From Candidatus Wallbacteria bacterium (GTDB taxonomy: Bacteria; Muiribacteriota; JAQTZZ01), in assembly GCA_028687545.1 (NCBI GenBank), contig JAQTZZ010000010.1, forward strand, positions 50,118 through 114,117: 64,000 nucleotides of DNA, read 5' to 3'. A program made the position numbers and the translations under genes. Numbering within the stretch: the first letter of the stretch is position 1; each line of letters opens with the position of its first letter. Positions 55,564 to 64,000 of the stretch are shown one piece after another. Below the pieces are notes generated by a model. The model was given only the letters and a program-made list of their open reading frames with translations. It searched no databases and was not told where the DNA came from.

Positions 55564-58500
55564 TCAGATCCTGTTCTTCTCGTAAATTTTGTTCAATGCA
55601 AGTTTAGCCTGTTCCCTGACTTCGCGGCTTTCGTCCTTCAGGGCTTCCTTGAGCGGCGGAATGGCCCGCACATCGGAGATCCTGCCGAGGGATTTGCAGA
55701 CAGCCCCGCGCACGCTCTTGCTGCGGTCAGAGAGCAGTTCGATCAGAGAGTCGCAGGATCCCACACTCTTGATGTTTCCCAGCACCAGCGCTGAATGTTC
55801 CCTCATGAATCGGTTGCGGTCATACAGCATCTTAATCAGGATCTTTTCCAGCTGATTGTTCTGAATCATGGACAGGATCTCTGTGGAATTGTCCCGCAGC
55901 ACCTGGTCGTCGTTCTTCAGGCATTTCACCAGCAGCGGGATAGCCTGTTCGCCAAACTGGCTGATTGCCTCGAAAATCTTGTTCTTGATCCACATGTTCT
56001 CCAGGCTGAGGTTCTTGACCAGCGGTGTAATCGCACCTGTATCTCCGATTTTGCCGAGTGCTTCCACGGCTTCTTCCCGCACGCGGTTGTCCGGATCGTC
56101 CAGCAGCTTGTACAGACTTTCCAGAGCTCTGCGGTCCTTCTTCTCACCCAGGATTCTGGCGGCTTTCGCCCGTACCAGATCGCTCTGGTCATTGATGCTC
56201 TTCAGAATGATCGGCACCACTCTGTGGTCTTCAATATTCCCGAGGGATTCAATGATCCTGATCCTGATCGTTTCGCTCTTGTCACCCAGAGATTCCGTGA
56301 GCGGTTCCACTGCTCTCGGATCCCGGAGCGCGCCAAGGGTCTCGATGATCGTCATCCGGATCTTTTCGTTGGAGTCGCGCAGGACTTTGACCAGTGGTTC
56401 CACTGCCAGCGCGGAACCGATCTTGCCAAGGGCTTCCACAGCGACCTTGCGCAACTGCTCGTTGGAGTCCTTGAGGCTTCTGACCAATGGTTCAATCGCA
56501 CGCACATCTTTGAATTCGCCCAGCGTGTAAATAATGCTTTCCTTGGCATAATCATCCGCCACGGTAAGCTCCTCAAGTAAGATACGCACAATTTTCTGCT
56601 CCCCGATTTTCACCAGGGCATTGGCTATTTCATAGTAATCAACGCCATCGGTTTTATGCTTCAAAAGCCCTATCAGCACTTCGATTGCCTTGGAATTGCC
56701 GAGTTCCCCGAGAGCAAACACGGCCCAGTATTTAGCGATTGACTCAGATTCGGACAGCACTTCGATCAGCTGGTCCACCGCCTGCTCGTTACCGAATTTT
56801 CCGAGCAGTTCGGCCACATTTCTCTGCATGCCGTTCAATACTTCCCGGACAGTGCAGAAAATATTTTCGTCTTCAAGACCTCGCAGTTCTTCCAGATCTT
56901 TGGCGCGGATTGTATCTTTCAGGATCGAAACCAGCATCCCGGATACCCTGGAATCTTTTTCCCGGATCAGGCACTGGGCGATGGTGAAGCGCAGCCATGA
57001 ATATGATTCCCTCATCACCAGGATCATCTTGCGGCTTTCCATCACTGCCCTGTCGATTGAGAGCAGGGCATCCACGGTAAGAGCCTTGATTTTCTTGTCA
57101 TTGCTGTCCAGAAGCCTGACCAGCGGCATGATTGTCCTGATGTCTCCAGTTCTGGAGAACACACGGATTACTTTGGACTTGATGTCACTTTTTGAGCCGG
57201 GAAGAAATTCCACCAGGGCTTCAGTGGCCTGTTCCTTGAATTTGACCAGCGCATCTACAGCTTCTTCGCTCACCACAACATTCTCATCTGACAGTTTTCG
57301 AATGAGCCTGGAGATAGCCATCTCGTTCTTGATCACTCCCAGCGCAATTACAGACTGTTTTCTGACTTCATCGTTGGCATCGTCGATCACTTCGATCAAA
57401 GCTTCGGTTGCCATGCGGTTACCGATCTTGCCAAGAGCGATCACAGACTGTTCGCGCAGCCGTTCATCCTTGTCATCCAGATGCTGGATCACTGTTTCAG
57501 TGGCTTCCTCATCGCCGATCTCGCCAAGCGCGATGATGGCTTTCTGCTTCAATTCAGGTGCGATATTCTCGCTCAACAGTTTGATCAGGGGAGCCACCGC
57601 GCGTGGTGTTTTCAAAAGTCCCAGGGACTCGCAGGCTGCAAGGCGCACTTCATCCTGTACGTCAGCCAGAGCTTCGATCAGGGATTCGCAGGAAAACGGA
57701 TCACCGATTTTTCCGAGTGCTACGGCCGCTTCCTTGCGGATCCTTTCATTGAGATCCTTCAATAATATGGAAATCGAGTTTACTATCTCTCGACGGCGGA
57801 TTTCACCAAGCGCCCAGACAGCTTTGAGTTTGACATCATCGTTCTGGTCTGAGAGCTGACTAACCAGCACATCCAGAGATTCTTCGGCCCGCAGGAGGCC
57901 GAGAGCTTCGCAGACGGCACTTCTGACCTCGTCGACCGGGTCGTCAGCCAGCTTATTAAGGGCCGGGATAGCCTTACGGCTTTTAATTTTCCCCAGGGCT
58001 TTAGCAGCCACAAAGCGCAAGTCGCCGCTTTTTTCTTTCAGGAGCGGAATCAATCCATCCACAGCACGCTCATCACCGATCTTTCCTAGTGATTCGGCAG
58101 CTACATACACCAGATCATCATTTTCATTATTCAGAACCAGCAGCAGGTGTTCCACAGCCTGGACTGATCCAATCTTTCCCAGAGCCTTGATCAGCAGATA
58201 GCAGATATCCTCATTTCCTTCCTGCACCAGCATTTTAAGCAGGGGGTCGGTAGCGAGGCCTGAACCGATATCGCCAAGCGCTTCAATCGCTGCTTCCCGC
58301 AGATCCAGGTTGTCCTGATTTAAAATATCCAGAATAGGTTTAACACCGTTTTCGGCTTTATGTTCACCGAGTTCCTGTATGATGGCATATTTCTCGTCGT
58401 CATTCGATTCCTGCTGCAACCTGAAGAGCAGATTTTCAAGGTGTTTCTGTTCATCTTCCTCTTCCGGAACCTGGATTTCTTCTTCCTGGGACTCTTCTCC

Positions 58501-59856
58501 TTCACGTTCCCGTTCTTCCTCTGCCTGCATCTTTTTCCTGACGCGCTCAATCACGGGAACTGCTTCTTTACCCTTGGCCGGACCGCCGGGTACGCTCTCC
58601 ACGATTACAGGTTCAGCTTCATCAGAGCTGATCTCAGGTTCGATCTGCGATTTAATTTCAGGTATTTCCGGTTCCGGTGTCAGTTCGGGCAGGATTCTGG
58701 AAAGATCTGACTCTTCCCTGGAAACTGCAGGCGGTGGAATCTTTGTTTTCTTGGAAGGAGTGACTGTTGATTGAGGTACTTCAGTCTTCAAGTCAGCATT
58801 TTCCGGTTTTTTTACTTTGGGTTCTTCAGGGGAAGCGAAAAGCGTTTTGACTGCGCTCGCGTCGAAAAGTGGTTCTTCTTCAGATTCAGCTGCCGGTTCA
58901 TCCAGGCTGAATTTCTCGGTTTCAAATGAGAACTCTCCTTTTTCTTTATCTTCGCCGCTGAGATCGAAATCCATCTCTTCGGCTTTCTTCCCCTCCTCAG
59001 CTTTAGGTGGCAGAAGATCGCTGAAATCGTCATCCGAGCCTTCATCGTCAAGACTGAATTCTGCGTCATCACCCATTTTAATGTCTAAATCGCCTTCATC
59101 TTTGCTGGTTGATGGTTTCGCAGCTTTAGCTTCCGGCTGTGGTTTACTGTCCAGAGAAAAATCAAATCCGTTATCTGCGCTATCTTCTTTTTTCTTTGGC
59201 AGAAGCTCATCGTATTTTTCCTCGTCACCACCCGCAAAAAGTTCATCGAATGATTTCTTGGAATCAGTGATTTGGGCAGAGGGCGGCTTCTGGACGCTGC
59301 TTTCCAGCAAGTCCAGCTTAATCTCGCCGGAAGAACTCATGTCATCCTTCAGATCTCCGGATTCGGATTTCACGTCAATTGATGGCTGGGAATCCGAAAG
59401 ATCCAGTTCCTTGAAAAAATCATCTTCAGCGGAATCTGTGGTTTCCTTCTTGGGTTCAGATGCCTTTTTGGAAGGTACTTCTTTGGAAGGGACATCATTC
59501 AGAAAATTGCTGTCTTCATTGAGAAAATTGGACTGAATGGAAATTTCCCCGGACTCCTTGCCTTTCCTGGCGTCTTTTCCGGAATCGTTTTCCTCGACCA
59601 GCCCCAGTTCACGGAAAATATCTTCATCATCCTTGTTCGAGCTTTTACTGTTTTTATCCAGATTCAGGTCCAGATCGAAGAGGTCGTCCTCCTCGCGGAT
59701 CATGGCATCGATACCATCGCCCTTTTCACTTTTCACCTTGGCTTTCAGGCCGCCGATGTCCAGATTGGCTTTTCCGCCTTCATCAAGCCCGGCTCCGCAT
59801 TCGACGCAAAACTTGCTGTTATCGACATTATCAGCTCCGCAATGGGGGCATTTCAT
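55564..59856 (-). CDS. Giant zinc-ribbon / acidic disordered / HEAT-repeat (PBS-lyase-type) protein, 1430 aa
   Basis: MKCPHCGADNVDNSKFCVECG zinc ribbon. About 450 aa rich in D, E, K and S. Then more than 25 HEAT/E-Z repeats (...RLAACESLGLLKTPRAVAPLIKLL...). The start lies 26 nt inside the ptsI 3' end. Confidence 0.7.
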   Translation of the reverse strand: MKCPHCGADNVDNSKFCVECGAGLDEGGKANLDIGGLKAKVKSEKGDGIDAMIREEDDLFDLDLNLDKNSKSSNKDDEDIFRELGLVEENDSGKDARKGKESGEISIQSNFLNEDSNFLNDVPSKEVPSKKASEPKKETTDSAEDDFFKELDLSDSQPSIDVKSESGDLKDDMSSSGEIKLDLLESSVQKPPSAQITDSKKSFDELFAGGDEEKYDELLPKKKEDSADNGFDFSLDSKPQPEAKAAKPSTSKDEGDLDIKMGDDAEFSLDDEGSDDDFSDLLPPKAEEGKKAEEMDFDLSGEDKEKGEFSFETEKFSLDEPAAESEEEPLFDASAVKTLFASPEEPKVKKPENADLKTEVPQSTVTPSKKTKIPPPAVSREESDLSRILPELTPEPEIPEIKSQIEPEISSDEAEPVIVESVPGGPAKGKEAVPVIERVRKKMQAEEEREREGEESQEEEIQVPEEEDEQKHLENLLFRLQQESNDDEKYAIIQELGEHKAENGVKPILDILNQDNLDLREAAIEALGDIGSGLATDPLLKMLVQEGNEDICYLLIKALGKIGSVQAVEHLLLVLNNENDDLVYVAAESLGKIGDERAVDGLIPLLKEKSGDLRFVAAKALGKIKSRKAIPALNKLADDPVDEVRSAVCEALGLLRAEESLDVLVSQLSDQNDDVKLKAVWALGEIRRREIVNSISILLKDLNERIRKEAAVALGKIGDPFSCESLIEALADVQDEVRLAACESLGLLKTPRAVAPLIKLLSENIAPELKQKAIIALGEIGDEEATETVIQHLDDKDERLREQSVIALGKIGNRMATEALIEVIDDANDEVRKQSVIALGVIKNEMAISRLIRKLSDENVVVSEEAVDALVKFKEQATEALVEFLPGSKSDIKSKVIRVFSRTGDIRTIMPLVRLLDSNDKKIKALTVDALLSIDRAVMESRKMILVMRESYSWLRFTIAQCLIREKDSRVSGMLVSILKDTIRAKDLEELRGLEDENIFCTVREVLNGMQRNVAELLGKFGNEQAVDQLIEVLSESESIAKYWAVFALGELGNSKAIEVLIGLLKHKTDGVDYYEIANALVKIGEQKIVRILLEELTVADDYAKESIIYTLGEFKDVRAIEPLVRSLKDSNEQLRKVAVEALGKIGSALAVEPLVKVLRDSNEKIRMTIIETLGALRDPRAVEPLTESLGDKSETIRIRIIESLGNIEDHRVVPIILKSINDQSDLVRAKAARILGEKKDRRALESLYKLLDDPDNRVREEAVEALGKIGDTGAITPLVKNLSLENMWIKNKIFEAISQFGEQAIPLLVKCLKNDDQVLRDNSTEILSMIQNNQLEKILIKMLYDRNRFMREHSALVLGNIKSVGSCDSLIELLSDRSKSVRGAVCKSLGRISDVRAIPPLKEALKDESREVREQAKLALNKIYEKNRI

Positions 59857-61600
59857 CAGAGACCTCCTGCGCTTTTATGCAATTCCTGTGAAAATTCTCC
59901 AAAGTGGACTTGATTTCTTCGGATTTGCATAACTTCATAATTGTATCGGCAAGTTCCCGTGCGTCGTCCAGATGCAATTTATTGATTATCTTCTTTATGC
60001 GTGGAATTAAGGGCGGACTGAGGGACATCTTGTCGATGCCGAAACCCAACAGAACAGGCGTAATCAGTGGGTTTGAGGCCATCTCGCCGCAAATGGAGGT
60101 CCAGAGTCCGTTTTGATGGACTCTATCGATGATTTTTTTCAAGCTGCGAAAAATCGCCGGATGAAAAATATTGTAAGATTCGGAAATATAAGGGTTATTT
60201 CTGTCAACTGCAAGGATAAATTGCAGAAGGTCATTGGTCCCGATACTGAAAAAATCCACTTCGCGGGAAAAATCGTCGATCAGATAGGTAGATGCAGGGG
60301 TTTCCAGTAAAACACCAAGCTTCACATTTTTCGAGTATGGGTATTTTTCTTTTTTCAGGTCATCCTTAACACCTTTAATAATCTCTTTGATTTTATGAAT
60401 TTCTTCTATCGAAGAGATCATGGGGAACAGTATGTGCAGTTTCCCGTGGGGACTGGATTTGTACAGGGCTTTCAACTGGGTGATGAACAGGGTTATGTGC
60501 TGCAGGCTGATCCTGATCCCGCGCAATCCAAGGAAAGGGTTTTCTTCCTTGATGTTCTTGAATCGATAGAACTGCTTGTCACCGCCCAGATCAAAGGATC
60601 TGATGATTACCGGCTTGTCAGGGAAGGCTTTCAGGACTCTGGAATAGCTTTTCACCTGTTCTTCTTCGGAAGGCAGACGTTCGTATTCAGCGAACAGGTA
60701 CTCCGTGCGATACAGTCCGATGCTGTTGGCACCGTACTCAGCCGCCAGCATGGCTTCTTCTTCCCTCTCAATATTAGCGTCGATCATAAATACATGCCCG
60801 TCAAGGGTTCTGGCATCCGACCTGGCACTGTCTTCTTTTTCCTTGAATTTATTGATGTAGTAATCTTCCTGCTGACGCTTGTACCGGTTTAAAGTAGGCT
60901 CGTCAAAACTCAGGATCACTTTTCCTTCAATTCCGTCCATAATCATGAGCAGATCATCAGTGATTTTGGAAGTGATGTCCGTCAATCCTACGATCATGGG
61001 AATTTCCAAGGTCTTGGCGAAGATCGCCATGTGTGAGGTGCCGCCTGATGTTTCAACACAGATTCCTGCAATCTTGGATTTATCGAAATTCATCAGGTCG
61101 CTGATCCCAATCTGGCTTCCAACCAGTACTATCTCATCATCAGACTTCTGCAAGCTCTTGGAGTCGCGGCCATGGAGAATTCCAATCACGCGTTCGCCGA
61201 CTTCACGGATATCGTCGGCCCTCTCTCTGAAATATTCTTCCTTCATCTTCTCGAAGAGGCCGATGAATTTGTTCATTACCCGAAGATAGCTGTTTTCAAC
61301 GTCGACTTTCTCGGATTTCACAATTTCGATGATTTCACCCATAAAGAGTGGATCATTCAGGATCATGATCTGAGCCTGGAAGATTTCCGAGGCTTCCTTG
61401 GAAATTTCCCGGTCAGCCCTCTGTTTAAGCTGGGCTAATTCGGAAGTGGCCTTTTTAATGGCACTGTCAAGCCGGGTGAGTTCCTTGTCAATTTCTCCAT
61501 CTGAGATGCTCCGAGGCTTAAGATTTTTACAGAGAAACTTCTTTATGATAAAGGCTTTCCCGATTCCCAGTCCTTCTGAAGCAACAATCCCTTTCAGCAT
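59831..61600 (-). CDS. ptsI: Phosphoenolpyruvate-protein phosphotransferase (PTS Enzyme I)
   Basis: GGTSHMAIFAKTLEIPMIVG PEP-utilising His motif. 589 aa with the full EI architecture. TAATG overlap with ptsH. Confidence 0.9.
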   Translation of the reverse strand: MLKGIVASEGLGIGKAFIIKKFLCKNLKPRSISDGEIDKELTRLDSAIKKATSELAQLKQRADREISKEASEIFQAQIMILNDPLFMGEIIEIVKSEKVDVENSYLRVMNKFIGLFEKMKEEYFRERADDIREVGERVIGILHGRDSKSLQKSDDEIVLVGSQIGISDLMNFDKSKIAGICVETSGGTSHMAIFAKTLEIPMIVGLTDITSKITDDLLMIMDGIEGKVILSFDEPTLNRYKRQQEDYYINKFKEKEDSARSDARTLDGHVFMIDANIEREEEAMLAAEYGANSIGLYRTEYLFAEYERLPSEEEQVKSYSRVLKAFPDKPVIIRSFDLGGDKQFYRFKNIKEENPFLGLRGIRISLQHITLFITQLKALYKSSPHGKLHILFPMISSIEEIHKIKEIIKGVKDDLKKEKYPYSKNVKLGVLLETPASTYLIDDFSREVDFFSIGTNDLLQFILAVDRNNPYISESYNIFHPAIFRSLKKIIDRVHQNGLWTSICGEMASNPLITPVLLGFGIDKMSLSPPLIPRIKKIINKLHLDDARELADTIMKLCKSEEIKSTLENFHRNCIKAQEVSDEMPPLRS

Positions 61601-61866
61601 TAATCCTCGTCAAACATGCTTTCAAATAAATTATGAATTGCTTTAGCGGCTTCAAGTTCGTCAGAGCCGGAAGCGCTGATTGATATGGTACTACCTTTCT
61701 CGGCAGCCAACAACATGATGTCGATTATGCTTTTGGCATTAACCACAGTACCGTTCTTCTGCAGAAAAACCTCAGATTTGAATTTCTGGGAGGTTTCGGC
61801 GATCAGCGCAGCAGGCCTCGCATGCAGCCCGGCTTTGTTTCTGACTATTGTCTCCAGTTTATGCAT
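61600..61866 (-). CDS. ptsH: HPr phosphocarrier protein
   Basis: GLHARPA His15 motif. 88 aa. Confidence 0.9.
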   Translation of the reverse strand: MHKLETIVRNKAGLHARPAALIAETSQKFKSEVFLQKNGTVVNAKSIIDIMLLAAEKGSTISISASGSDELEAAKAIHNLFESMFDED

Positions 61867-63766
61867 ATGGCGTTACCTTGAAAGTCATTTCAAAGGAACA
61901 TTCTTCTCCGGGTTTCAGGGAGATAGATTTAAAAAAGCTCACACTGCATCCCTGAAAAACCAGCTGGTACTGTTCCGGCAATCTGTCAATAACATAATCC
62001 GGTGCAGTCAGACATGTCAACACAGGATGACAGAAATCGATTTCAACTCCCAGCAGCCCGTCGAACACCTGCAGTTCTCCTGATGACTCGAAGCAGGATC
62101 TGTTTTCAAAACCGAATTCCCTGGTTTCTTCAGGAGTGCAGGTCCTGAAAAAACTGCCTGAATATCCCGGATGGGAAAGACCCAGGTCGAAGTCGATGCG
62201 CAGCAGGTTTTCGACCGCTGTGGCGCAAGTATTGGTGAGATGGTACCTGACGCAGATATTATTGTTGGAATCGCGAAGTGAAACTTCCTTACTAAGTTTC
62301 AACGCAACGCAATCCATCCCGAAATCGGTCTCGAAAAAAGCCCTGGCAACATTCTTGCCTGATCCATCCCGATAAAGAGTATGGAGAAGCTTGAGTCCAG
62401 TATCTCTGAAAGAATCACATTCTCTCAGAGCAAAAGATTCTCTGAGAAATGATGGAACCTGATTGAAGTTCAATTCAGAACTCAAGGTCTCTTCGTCAAG
62501 GGTTCCAAACATCTCATTCCGCCATTCCAGGATTTTCCGGTAGTTTTTCCTGCGATTCAGGAGATTGCACTTTTTCGGTTTGAAATCGAACTGAGTGATG
62601 GCACCAGTCTGCTTATCAAAACAGATCCCGAAAATATCGCTGTCAAATCTGATTTCATCAGTTCCGTTGATTCCGGTTTCAAGACTGAGTCCTGTTTTTG
62701 ACCGGCTGGGGACCATTTCATTCAACATCAAACTTTCCCTGAAAAAATTCTGCCTCAAGGCCGAATAATTAAGTCCTCCAAAAATTCCCGGCCAGAGGTA
62801 TCCGTAAAATTCAAGCGAAGAGAGAAGTTTTTCGGCCTTTTCCTGCTTCAAGATTGAATCATTTGAATCTTCAATTCTGGTCAGAAGCTGATACATGTTC
62901 CACATTTCAGGGAAGCTTTTCAGATAATCCAGAAAATCACTCTTGATCAGCATCTTTTTTTCAGCGCCAACATCGTCCATGAAAAAATAATAGTATGGGT
63001 AATTGTAAACCACGTCCAGCCAGAGAAGTTCTCCCAGATTCATTCCCGGTATTGTTGTCCGGGAAATGTTTTTGTTACAATCCGTCTCTGAAACACAGCG
63101 AGAATTGGAATTTGTGTCCTTTAATTCCTGCAGAAAGTCAAACAGCCAGTCGCTCCCGACACGATTGGTGAACAATTCAGCAGGTAAAGCCAGGAAAAGA
63201 GGGCTTTCGACCTGGCCCAGCTTTTTCAGGACTCCAGTACCTTCCAGAAAAAACTGCCTGGCTTTTCTCAAGTCAAAACCAATCACCTTGAGAGGATTTT
63301 CCGATAAGCCGGTTAGAGTGATCCCGTCTCTCCCTTCGTCCACGATAGCAACATTCCGAATTCCACAATCAGGCAACACATTTGAGAGGTAATCCGTCCA
63401 GAGCATTCTGGGAAGAAACATTGAGCTGGGCACGCAACCGAACTTCTTATGGCAGAAGGAGATGCTCTTTCTGATCTGTGATTCAGCTCTTTCTTTAGGG
63501 ATCAAACTATAATTAGGTTCATAAAATCCATTGATCAGGACTTCGATTTTCCCCTGTTTGATGTAAGGTATGAATTCCTGGAAAAAATCCTGGCGCTCCT
63601 GTTCGATCCATTCCAGGATGAATCCGCTGAAATAAAGATTGAGTTTCAGATTACCAAGTTTTGCGAGCAGCTCTTCCACGAACATGAAAAATCTGGCCTT
63701 TGTGCCCAGTTGAAGCTGGCCAAGCGGTTCGTTGAAATATAGAAGTAACAGGATCTCATTGGTCAA
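61859..63766 (-). CDS. GH57-like protein, divergent at the catalytic-site signature
   Basis: The N-terminus aligns to the GH57 HxHQPLGNF...VFEEAY signature but reads YFNEPLGQL...FVEEL (HQP to NEP). 8-nt overlap with ptsH. TTG start. Confidence 0.5.
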   Translation of the reverse strand: MTNEILLLLYFNEPLGQLQLGTKARFFMFVEELLAKLGNLKLNLYFSGFILEWIEQERQDFFQEFIPYIKQGKIEVLINGFYEPNYSLIPKERAESQIRKSISFCHKKFGCVPSSMFLPRMLWTDYLSNVLPDCGIRNVAIVDEGRDGITLTGLSENPLKVIGFDLRKARQFFLEGTGVLKKLGQVESPLFLALPAELFTNRVGSDWLFDFLQELKDTNSNSRCVSETDCNKNISRTTIPGMNLGELLWLDVVYNYPYYYFFMDDVGAEKKMLIKSDFLDYLKSFPEMWNMYQLLTRIEDSNDSILKQEKAEKLLSSLEFYGYLWPGIFGGLNYSALRQNFFRESLMLNEMVPSRSKTGLSLETGINGTDEIRFDSDIFGICFDKQTGAITQFDFKPKKCNLLNRRKNYRKILEWRNEMFGTLDEETLSSELNFNQVPSFLRESFALRECDSFRDTGLKLLHTLYRDGSGKNVARAFFETDFGMDCVALKLSKEVSLRDSNNNICVRYHLTNTCATAVENLLRIDFDLGLSHPGYSGSFFRTCTPEETREFGFENRSCFESSGELQVFDGLLGVEIDFCHPVLTCLTAPDYVIDRLPEQYQLVFQGCSVSFFKSISLKPGEECSFEMTFKVTPYA

Positions 63767-64000
63767 CGATTTTCTCCCGAAGCAGCAGATATGCTCCCAG
63801 CAGGCTGGATTTGTCGATCAGATTGCTTTTGACTATCACAGTCTTCTCAGCAAATAGCCTGAAACAATACTGAGAAAGCTTTCCAGTTACAACAGGCAAG
63901 AGGATCTCACCGCTGTGAAATAATCCACCTGCCAGAACTACTTTTACCGGACCGAAAATGTTGATCAGAGATCCGATTCCGGCAGCCAGAAAATCCGAAT
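63756..64000 (-). CDS. ROK-family sugar kinase (glucokinase-like), C-terminal part. The start lies beyond the window.
   Basis: ...AAGIGSLINIFGPVKVVLAGGLFHSGEILLPVV... is the ROK C-terminal signature. The stop overlaps the next gene's start by 11 nt. Confidence 0.6.
   Translation of the reverse strand, partial: SDFLAAGIGSLINIFGPVKVVLAGGLFHSGEILLPVVTGKLSQYCFRLFAEKTVIVKSNLIDKSSLLGAYLLLREKIVDQ

Noticed and set aside
55795-59536. Several 200-390-aa plus-strand ORFs
   Set aside because: Antisense to the HEAT-repeat gene. The products are Ser/Leu/Arg-rich low-complexity, typical of the opposite strand of repetitive helical-repeat genes.
1-64000. tRNA, rRNA and CRISPR screen
   Set aside because: Intergenic spaces are short and none showed cloverleaf-compatible GTTC/TTCGA T-loop context or a repeat-spacer structure on visual inspection. 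A tRNAscan or CRISPR finder run would be needed to be definitive.

Overview
This 64-kb window looks like a chromosomal segment from a bacterium, with no rRNA, CRISPR array, transposase or integrase that I could see. About 55 coding regions are supportable. Four themes stand out. First, three loci of secreted or degradative enzymes: an M4 thermolysin-like protease (1031-2638), GH26 and GH10 glycosidases (19103-21989), and two very large multidomain glycoside hydrolases with discoidin- and GH2-type carbohydrate-binding-like domains plus two secreted SH3b-domain cell-wall proteins (42420-52269). Second, a homocysteine-biosynthesis operon (COG1900/DUF39 fused to ferredoxin, a UPF0280 protein and aspartate kinase at 29517-33038). 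It sits behind a near-consensus sigma70 promoter and a long structured leader, which may be a riboswitch. Third, the 3' end of the window is a tightly overlapping minus-strand gene string: ROK kinase, a GH57-like protein, HPr, Enzyme I, a 1430-aa zinc-ribbon/acidic/HEAT-repeat protein, and a 1058-aa P-loop NTPase-TPR-Ser/Thr kinase. A paralogous NTPase-TPR protein at 9578-12217 carries an OmpR-like winged helix instead of the kinase, and a decayed copy lies at 33134. Fourth, and most unusual, small 'stress or self-protection' genes recur across the window as intact copies, near-identical paralogs and deletion remnants. These include a cupin, a GNAT-YciI fusion, a ClbS/DfsB protein paired with an arginase-fold protein, and DUF3795 with a swappable TfoX-N or VOC core. 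They cluster in at least four places, interleaved with RelE/RHH and Doc/AbrB toxin-antitoxin pairs. This indicates cassette-like module exchange by an unknown mechanism. Coordinates of non-ORF features were read by eye and may be off by a few bases.
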